NCBI GenBank assembly: GCA_000331305.1 | Contig: KB217483.1 | Location: 1,071,937 to 1,103,936 of the forward strand | Reading direction: 5' to 3' | DNA length: 32,000 nt | Source: Calothrix sp. PCC 7103 | GTDB lineage: Bacteria > Cyanobacteriota > Cyanobacteriia > Cyanobacteriales > Nostocaceae | Shown here: positions 25,897-32,000 of the stretch, piece after piece | Layout of the letters: every line of letters begins with the position of its first letter | Position numbering within the stretch: position 1 is the first letter of the stretch | Position numbers and translations under genes: made by a program | Notes under the pieces: model-generated | The model's database searches: none | Told to the model about the DNA's origin: nothing | Seen by the model: the letters and a program-made list of their open reading frames with translations, nothing else

Positions 25897-27202
25897 GTGC
25901 GCCGTGGTACGCACTGATTGAATCGCCAACACAGTTGGCTGGAGTTCGGGGTACGAGACTCCAAGGCGAACAACTTACCTAGACCCGAAAGGGCGAGGGG
26001 ACAAGAGCATGTTCGTAAAGCGGAGAATAACAGAAAACGTGTATGTTATAGCTCTGCAACGCCTGAATGATATGGTTAAAGCGCTTACTGCCTGAACCCT
26101 AATATCCAGTGGTGGAACTGGCACATCCTTCGGTATCACGTTTGTACACCGATGTCCTCGGTAGCCATTAAATCAAGTTTCGTTAATGGTACACCCTGAC
26201 CGAGGAACGATGAGTAATGAACTCATTCAAGGATATGAGTAGGGAACCTAAGTCATTCTTTATACGTTCATCAGCGACGGAACATGGGATTGCCTAACGG
26301 ACGAGAGTCCTATGGTAACGGAGTTCTAATAGTAGTCGTGGGAGTAACGCCCCACCAGGGCAGACGGGAGAGCCGTCTACAGGGCGAAGTAGAACAGGTG
26401 AATTGATGTTTCTGTAAGGTACGCGAGATGCGAATAGCCAATAACAAAAGTAAGCATCAATACACTGGAGAGCGGAGTGACACGGAAACGGTGCGCCGTG
26501 GTACGCACAAAGAGAATCGCCAACTCAGTTGGCTAGAGTTCAAGGCAAATGACTCTAAGGCGAACAACTTACCTCGACTCGAAAGGGAAAGGGAACAAGA
26601 GCATGTTCGTAAAGCGGTAAGTAACAGAAGACGTGTATGTTACTGTCCCGCAATGCCTGAGCAATATGGTTAAAACTAAACTGTTTGAATCCTAATGTCC
26701 AGCGGTGGTTGTCACACCATTCGGTAGCACGTCTGTACACCGATTTTGCCAAGATATACGAGTACCGTTTCTCTCGTAAGTACGCCTTGCTTGGCAAGCA
26801 ATGAGCAGTGAACTCATTTAAGGACATAAGTGGGAAACCTAAGTTGCTCTATAACGTTCTCTAGCGACGGAACACGGGATTGCCTAAAGGACGAGAGTCC
26901 CAAGGTAACGGAGTCCTCATAGTAGTTCGAGGTGGGGAAAGCTCACTACATGGCGAAGGGGGACAGGTTGGTAACATTTTAAAGCGACAGGGTGCGAGAT
27001 GCACAAATCCTAAACCGAGTGAATGTTACTAACTGGAAAGCTGACTGAGATTGAAAAACTCACGGTCAGTTTGGAGGGGGGCTGTTGGAAAAGTGCCAAT
27101 AAAATGGTAACTCGCTGGCTGCCTACCCTACGTCATGCTCCGTTCGGAGGGGGGTGGTTGGAAAAGTGCCAGCAATGGTAACTCGCTGGCTACCTACCCT
27201 AC
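25897..27202 (+). mobile_element. ORF-less group II intron C1 (5' part 25897-26490, 3' part 27132-27202; ~665 nt), interrupted in its domain V by C2
   Basis: Starts GTGCGCCGTGGTACGCA. It has a D3-like GGTAACGGAGTTCTAATAGTAGTC. The D5 halves at 26470-26490 and 27132-27145 reconstitute a 35-nt D5. It ends ...CCCTAC. Confidence 0.8.
26491..27131 (+). mobile_element. ORF-less group II intron C2 (641 nt), apparently complete
   Basis: Starts GTGCGCCGTGGTACGCA and is homologous to C1 throughout. D5 is intact at 27038-27072. The D6-like segment ends ...CCCTAC at 27131. Confidence 0.8.
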
Positions 27203-27716
27203 TGCACGCTACGTTCCCAAGGAGAGGTGCCCCGGATAATACCGGGCATCGACTCCATCAAGAGCCTAAAAAATCAAACATTTCACAGCTTCAAGCTGCG
27301 TAGTTTTTCTGTAAATATACTTGTTTTACTCAGTTAATCTCATAACTGGGATAAAAAACTGCGTCCTTTTTAGTTCACAAACATTGTTCGCAAACAAACA
27401 TTTTTTGTCCAAAGTCCAAATTATTTAATTTACAGTAATTATATTTCAAGTACGGTAAACCGAACATCTTTTTATTTCTGAAGTGGCACCTGTTTTCACT
27501 TGACGAACACAATCACAAGGAAGACGGTAATTGAAAACATAAGTTAAAATTGCTACATATATTATGTATTCCAGTATTTACAAGAGCTTGGAGCAGCTAA
27601 ATTACATACAAAGCGCTGTGTTTCTGTGTATCATTGGTAATTGGCTATTTCAATATATAAAGCGTTATTCTCATCTGTCGAATGGCGCCTGTCGGAAAAT
27701 ACTGAATCGTTTTATA

Positions 27717-28289
27717 ATGGAGAATACTTATATGATTTTTTCTAAAGAAACTACTTTAATTATTGTTGATGTTCAAAAAGGGTTTGATGACCCAAAATGG
27801 GGAAAACGCAATAATCTAGAAGCAGAGGATAATATTGCCAAAATCCTTAGTGCTTGGCGCCAAACTCAACGTCTTGTTTTTCACATTCAGCATCTTTCGC
27901 GCGAACTAAATTCTCCATTAAGACCAGATGTTGTTGGTTGCGAGTTTAAAGAAATTGTAAAACCTTTGCCTCATGAGTTAGTAGTCCAAAAACAAGTCAA
28001 TAGTGGCTTTATTGGTACTAATCTAGAAGCAACGCTCCGAGAGCAAGGATGTACAACTTTAGTGATTGTTGGTTTGACTACTAATCACTGTGTTTCCACT
28101 ACAGCGAGAATGGCGGGTAACTTAGGCTTTGAAACTTACGTAATTTCTGATGCTACAGCTACCTTTGAGCGTACTGGTCATGATGGAAAACACTATCAAG
28201 CAGAAGAAATTCATGCTATTTCTCTGGCTAATTTACATCAAGAGTTTGCTACGATTATTGATACTGCAAGCTTGTTAAGCCAGCTTTGA
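27717..28289 (+). CDS. Isochorismatase-family cysteine hydrolase (track ORF from 27564 is probably over-extended; start 27717 or 27732)
   Basis: TLIIVDVQKGFDDP ... LVIVGLTTNHCVSTTARMAGNLGFETYVISDATATF (Asp / Lys / Cys triad context). Confidence 0.8.
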   Translation: MENTYMIFSKETTLIIVDVQKGFDDPKWGKRNNLEAEDNIAKILSAWRQTQRLVFHIQHLSRELNSPLRPDVVGCEFKEIVKPLPHELVVQKQVNSGFIGTNLEATLREQGCTTLVIVGLTTNHCVSTTARMAGNLGFETYVISDATATFERTGHDGKHYQAEEIHAISLANLHQEFATIIDTASLLSQL

Positions 28290-29394
28290 TTTCTATCAGA
28301 CTATGCCGTCTCTGCCAAAAAGGTGATGTTTTCCATCGTTTTTCCAGTGCATAGTAAGCTGTATGATGGGACAAATAATTAAAATACATCTGCCTAATAA
28401 AGTCTGAATATTCTTTCAAAGCGTTATGCTGACCGTGGAGATAAGAAATAGTGGACGTAGCCGCATGAAAGCCTGTAGCAATAGCAGTAATAATTCCTTG
28501 GGAAGAAAGGGGGTCAAAAGCCGCTGCCGCATCACCAACTGCCAACCAAGATTCACCCATAACCGGGAGCAAACGCGAACTGTTTGCAGATACAATACGC
28601 AATTTATCAAAATAATAATCCTTTAAATTAATACGCTTTTGAATATGCTCAGTCTGCTTCAGGAGCGACAGCCAATTATCAACTTTTTGTAGTTTCTTTG
28701 CACCAACTAAATCTGCATCACTCATGTAAGCAACTACAAGCTTTTTACTAGATAAAAGCGACAAATACCACCATCCTTCTGTTGTTGCTTCTACCACAGT
28801 TGAACAATCACTAATACTAGTACAGGACTGTGGTGTGAGAAGAGCAACAACACCTACAAGGCGGTCATAATCTTGTCTTATCACTCCTTGGCGTTTAGCA
28901 AACCAGCTTGCTCTTCCACTAGCATCAATAACAAAGTCAGCGTTAACCTGGAGCGGTTGTTTGTCAGATAATAAACCCAACTGCCAGCCCCCGCGCTGAT
29001 TTTTTTGGTAACTGACAACCTGTGTGTTGCATTTTCTGACTGCACCAGCTTCAACAGCCGCTGAGGCAAGCATCGCATCAAAACACTGTCGCTCCAAATG
29101 CCAGCCATTACCATTAGGGTCAAAAATGAAGTTGTAATCTCTAAGCCGAGATGAACCCCAAGCTGAACTATTCCCGTAGGAAGGTAAATGACCATCTTCA
29201 ATAAAACGTTCCCAAACTCCTAGTTTTTGAAGCAGGGGTTTCGCTCCTGGAGGTAAACCTTCTCCTATTTTCCAATTACTAGTTTGAGAACAGTCAATTA
29301 ATAGCGTTGAAATTTGCACTTCTGCCAAAATCTTGGCAATAACAGCGCCTGCTGGTCCGGCGCCGATGATTACTACATTATATTGATCAAGCAT
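28255..29394 (-). CDS. FAD-dependent oxidoreductase, LodB-like (alternative GTG start at 29457)
   Basis: Dinucleotide fold YNVVIIGAGPAGAVIAKILAE directly after the ATG at 29394. Later motif WLAVGDAAAAFDPLSSQGI. It lies immediately downstream of, and co-directional with, the LodA-like ORF. Confidence 0.75.
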   Translation of the reverse strand: MLDQYNVVIIGAGPAGAVIAKILAEVQISTLLIDCSQTSNWKIGEGLPPGAKPLLQKLGVWERFIEDGHLPSYGNSSAWGSSRLRDYNFIFDPNGNGWHLERQCFDAMLASAAVEAGAVRKCNTQVVSYQKNQRGGWQLGLLSDKQPLQVNADFVIDASGRASWFAKRQGVIRQDYDRLVGVVALLTPQSCTSISDCSTVVEATTEGWWYLSLLSSKKLVVAYMSDADLVGAKKLQKVDNWLSLLKQTEHIQKRINLKDYYFDKLRIVSANSSRLLPVMGESWLAVGDAAAAFDPLSSQGIITAIATGFHAATSTISYLHGQHNALKEYSDFIRQMYFNYLSHHTAYYALEKRWKTSPFWQRRHSLIEIKAGLTSLQYQ

Positions 29395-29474
29395 TAGTTT
29401 TATTGATTCTAAGAAAAAAGCGCCCGTTCTGCTTATTTTTCCGTAGGCTCCCACCACCTTACAGCCCTGAAATC

Positions 29475-29515
29475 TTTGTAGAGACAGGCGCGTAAAACCG
29501 AAGCGTCTCTACAAA
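29475..29515. repeat. TTTGTAGAGAC ... GTCTCTACAAA hairpin between the two oxidase genes
   Basis: 11-bp perfect stem (29475-29485 / 29505-29515). It uses the same GTAGAGAC/GTCTCTAC stem sequence as the palindrome at 19704-19733. Confidence 0.7.
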
Positions 29516-29535
29516 ATTTCCACGTCTATGTCTAA

Positions 29536-32000
29536 TTAATGAATTGCTCCCTTACCCCAAACTTTACCCTGTGGGTATTTATTAGAAGGTATTACACTCA
29601 ACAGTGGCAACATTGGATTACGATGAGGTAAATGTTCTAACTCCGGTTTGACTTTACCTAAAGACCTAGCCCACTCGTGCCAAAGCGAGATTTCTTCTTC
29701 TGTAAAGACTTTATACATTGGCCCAGTAAAAGACAAATAAGTAAATAAACGGCTTTTCTCTGGTTGTTGGATATCAATATATCCATGTTCCACAAGGGCA
29801 TCTAGGAATTTTTCTGGGTCTTGAAACCAATCATTGATGAGGTTTCCACCAACTTTCTTGGAACCATGATTCAGGCTAGCATACTCTTTTTTACGCTCCA
29901 TCATCTCGACCATTTTTTGCCGTAGCTGCTTGCTTGGGTCATTGGGGTCTGGTTTCTGCTCATTGGCTATCCTCAAAAGGTCATCTCCTAGAGTTCCTGT
30001 AAATGCAAAAGCGATATAACCGCCCCAAATTCGTTTCCAAGCTTCCTGTACCGCTGCTTCTCCTCCTTCGTTACGAACTTTATCAAGGAAGATTTGTATA
30101 GCTTGTTTAGCCATTGCTCCGTGACCAGAAGAAGCGTTATCAATTGCAAGGTGCAATTTGTAGAAATGGGGGTCAATATTGATATCGGGATGGCTGAATA
30201 TCTCAATAATTTGTTTGATTGATAGCACTTCCCATTCCAAATTCAATGTCATTCCCAGAATTTCTGGTAAAAATTCCTCGGAAAATTGAGAGATTACCAA
30301 TTCAAACAGAGGTGATGTATAAGCTGATTCCAGTAAATCTGGATTGTAAGCATAATCGCGCGTGTTGATGTCCGGCAGATAAATACCTACGCTATTTAGT
30401 AAGGTAGTATAAAGATTAGAGTGATTTTGCTCTACTGTCCCACAGCCTACTTCATCCATCCAAATTGAGAAAAGTAATGCGTGAACCTCATCTATTGGCC
30501 CGACTTGAGTCGCGTTGCGAATCCAAGCACCATCAAGTTGGTTAAACGGCGCCATCTGTCTAAGTCTCTCAATGCGAGCTTCACGAGAGATTGCTTTTAC
30601 AGCTTGTGAAAGATTGAAGTTGAGAGCTTGTGAAAGCCAGAAATTATATATTTCGTTTAGTTTCGCTTCAAATGCTTCATCACTGTATTCAAAATAACGA
30701 TACATTTCAGGAAATCCTAAGTCTGGATTATCCTGCATTTTCCATGCTTGGTTCAGGAACTCTTTCACTAAAAAGTGTGCTTTAGGCAAGAAATCAGGAT
30801 GAGCGTCAATGTTCATCATAATGTAAAAATACTCGCGCTGGTTCATTCCCACATAGGGGTCACGCTCAGTCTCGACATAAACAGTTTCACCCAAAATATC
30901 TTTTTTCGGAACTACAAAACCAAGCTCGCTCCACTTGCTCACTAGGTCGTTGTCACCTGCATAATTTCTAAGGATTTCCCATTGTTTTAGTTCGCGTTCT
31001 AAATTTTCTTCTTCTGTTTCACCATCTTTAAGGGGATAATTTGGCTTGTATATTATTTGCCCACCAACTCCTCGCGCCCAAGGTTCACGTTCTTGCAGTT
31101 TTGATGCTAGAGAATCTTCTTTTTCGTACTTCAAAGCATCTTTGAGTACTTTCTTATAGGCAGCTTCCGTAACTACATCATCAGGTCTTTGAGCGGGCCA
31201 CCAATGGGTATTGCATTCATAAAAATCTGCCTGCCAAGGAACTGCCATGTACTTGGTGATATCACCAGGTGGAATGTCTGGCTTTAACCTCAAAGCTTCA
31301 GAATAAATTGATGCTTCGGTAGCAATATAAGTCATCTCGATACCTGGGAAGAAAGGACCACCTACACAAGGTTCGAGTGCCGCTCTATCTAAGGCTGCTG
31401 GTTGGTCTTGGATATCAATTTCTGCCAAGGTTAGATATTTTTGCTCCGAGAGAAAACTACCACTGGCTTGGTCAGGATACCAGTCATTTTCAAAGTCACC
31501 CTCAGCCCATTTCCTTAAAGTTTCGTATTGACCTGGTAGGATAGAAAACCATTTTGTTGGGTCTCCTTGTACAGCATCCCCACCATCACCTGATAGTTGA
31601 GGCATATAGAAGTAATTTGCTTGTTCTGGGTCGAAGGTGTTTGGGTTACGGAAGCGTTCAAAAACGTGTTTTCGTAAGTTTTTAGCTTCAGCATTATCGC
31701 TGTTATCTGCAAGTTGCTTTAACAATTCAGGGTTAGAAAAATCGCCAGGTTTTCCAGGACCGTGACCACGTAGCGATGCAACGTTAACCCATTGATAATT
31801 GGCGCCTCTTGCCAAAATTGGATAGATATCGCGCGTGAAAGATAGGCGTTCGGGAGCGCTTCGCCATTTTTGCTCAATAGCCACCTCTAAAGCCACATCG
31901 TAGAGCGTAACAAGATTATCTATATTAGGGGCAAAATTAGGAGGAGCAACCAATACTCTTGCACCGGAGGTGAGAATTTCTCGGTTACTACCTTTGAGTA
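29536..32000 (-). CDS. Partial CDS (N-terminus beyond window end): LodA-like quinoprotein-oxidase-like region fused to a haem-oxygenase-like di-iron ('iron-containing redox enzyme') domain
   Basis: The frame is open upstream of the track's TTG at 31953 to base 32000 (...LKGSNREILTSGARVLVAPP). N-terminal part: GGPFFPGIEMT, YMAVPWQADFYECNTHWWPAQRPDD, KWSELGFV. C-terminal part: LDGAWIRN, WMDEVGCGTVEQNHSNLY, EILGMTLNLEWE, LHLAIDNASSGHGAMA. Confidence 0.6.
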   Translation of the reverse strand, partial: LKGSNREILTSGARVLVAPPNFAPNIDNLVTLYDVALEVAIEQKWRSAPERLSFTRDIYPILARGANYQWVNVASLRGHGPGKPGDFSNPELLKQLADNSDNAEAKNLRKHVFERFRNPNTFDPEQANYFYMPQLSGDGGDAVQGDPTKWFSILPGQYETLRKWAEGDFENDWYPDQASGSFLSEQKYLTLAEIDIQDQPAALDRAALEPCVGGPFFPGIEMTYIATEASIYSEALRLKPDIPPGDITKYMAVPWQADFYECNTHWWPAQRPDDVVTEAAYKKVLKDALKYEKEDSLASKLQEREPWARGVGGQIIYKPNYPLKDGETEEENLERELKQWEILRNYAGDNDLVSKWSELGFVVPKKDILGETVYVETERDPYVGMNQREYFYIMMNIDAHPDFLPKAHFLVKEFLNQAWKMQDNPDLGFPEMYRYFEYSDEAFEAKLNEIYNFWLSQALNFNLSQAVKAISREARIERLRQMAPFNQLDGAWIRNATQVGPIDEVHALLFSIWMDEVGCGTVEQNHSNLYTTLLNSVGIYLPDINTRDYAYNPDLLESAYTSPLFELVISQFSEEFLPEILGMTLNLEWEVLSIKQIIEIFSHPDINIDPHFYKLHLAIDNASSGHGAMAKQAIQIFLDKVRNEGGEAAVQEAWKRIWGGYIAFAFTGTLGDDLLRIANEQKPDPNDPSKQLRQKMVEMMERKKEYASLNHGSKKVGGNLINDWFQDPEKFLDALVEHGYIDIQQPEKSRLFTYLSFTGPMYKVFTEEEISLWHEWARSLGKVKPELEHLPHRNPMLPLLSVIPSNKYPQGKVWGKGAIH

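Noticed and set aside
25761-26827. Track ORFs 25761-25973 (-), 26428-26673 (+) and 26555-26827 (-).
   Set aside because: All lie inside the structured RNA of introns C1/C2, or antisense to the intron B RT fragment. The sequence is explained by the intron RNA.
25897-27202. A ~600-bp unit repeated twice, which could be read as a simple tandem duplication or repeat array.
   Set aside because: The flanks reconstitute split domain V hairpins. It is therefore a nested insertion, not a tandem repeat or CRISPR-like array. No CRISPR array is present anywhere in the window.
28416-31712. Short ORFs nested in the flavoprotein and oxidase genes (28416-28610, 28426-28626, 28881-29201, 29988-30206, 30515-30697, 31515-31712).
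   Set aside because: They are alternative-frame or antisense ORFs inside long, motif-bearing CDSs.

Overview
The window is AT-rich (roughly 35-40% GC by eye). Its gene content and repeats look like a filamentous (Nostocales-type) cyanobacterium. It reads as an accessory region built almost entirely from mobile or plasmid-like DNA.

Layout, left to right:
(1) Plasmid/phage-like small regulators: a partial wHTH Rep-like CDS, an RHH protein, and a GIY-YIG+HTH fusion.
(2) A 2.85-kb cassette closed by long inverted arms (3349-6201). It carries a four-helix-bundle (23S-IVS/Avd family) gene and a decayed ISL3 transposase.
(3) Two ~965-aa genes: one unknown, one TPR-like+CHAT caspase-like protease.
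(4) A DUF3110-like protein and a small secreted protein.
(5) A translationally coupled block of two tyrosine recombinases (the second needs a -1 shift at an A6 run), a DUF6262/TnpC-like protein and DnaB. An iteron/palindrome region that could be an origin follows it.
(6) A tyrosine integrase next to a 42-nt 3' piece of tRNA-Phe(GAA). That piece has its own terminator and flanking ACCCC(C)AA repeats, so it looks like an attP.
(7) A DUF4351/Rpn-like gene with a decayed partial duplicate.
(8) A group II intron graveyard (23.4-27.3 kb). It includes a three-deep nest in which each intron interrupts domain V of the next one out, plus a second inverted-arm four-helix-bundle cassette invaded by an IS4 fragment.
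(9) An isochorismatase-family hydrolase, a LodB-like flavoprotein, and a large oxidase-like ORF that runs off the right edge. That ORF appears to fuse a LodA-like domain to a haem-oxygenase-like di-iron domain.

The hexamer GGCGCC occurs 28 times by my count, against about one expected from composition. It is absent from the three most obviously mobile blocks.

All functional labels come from motif recognition by eye; no searches were run.
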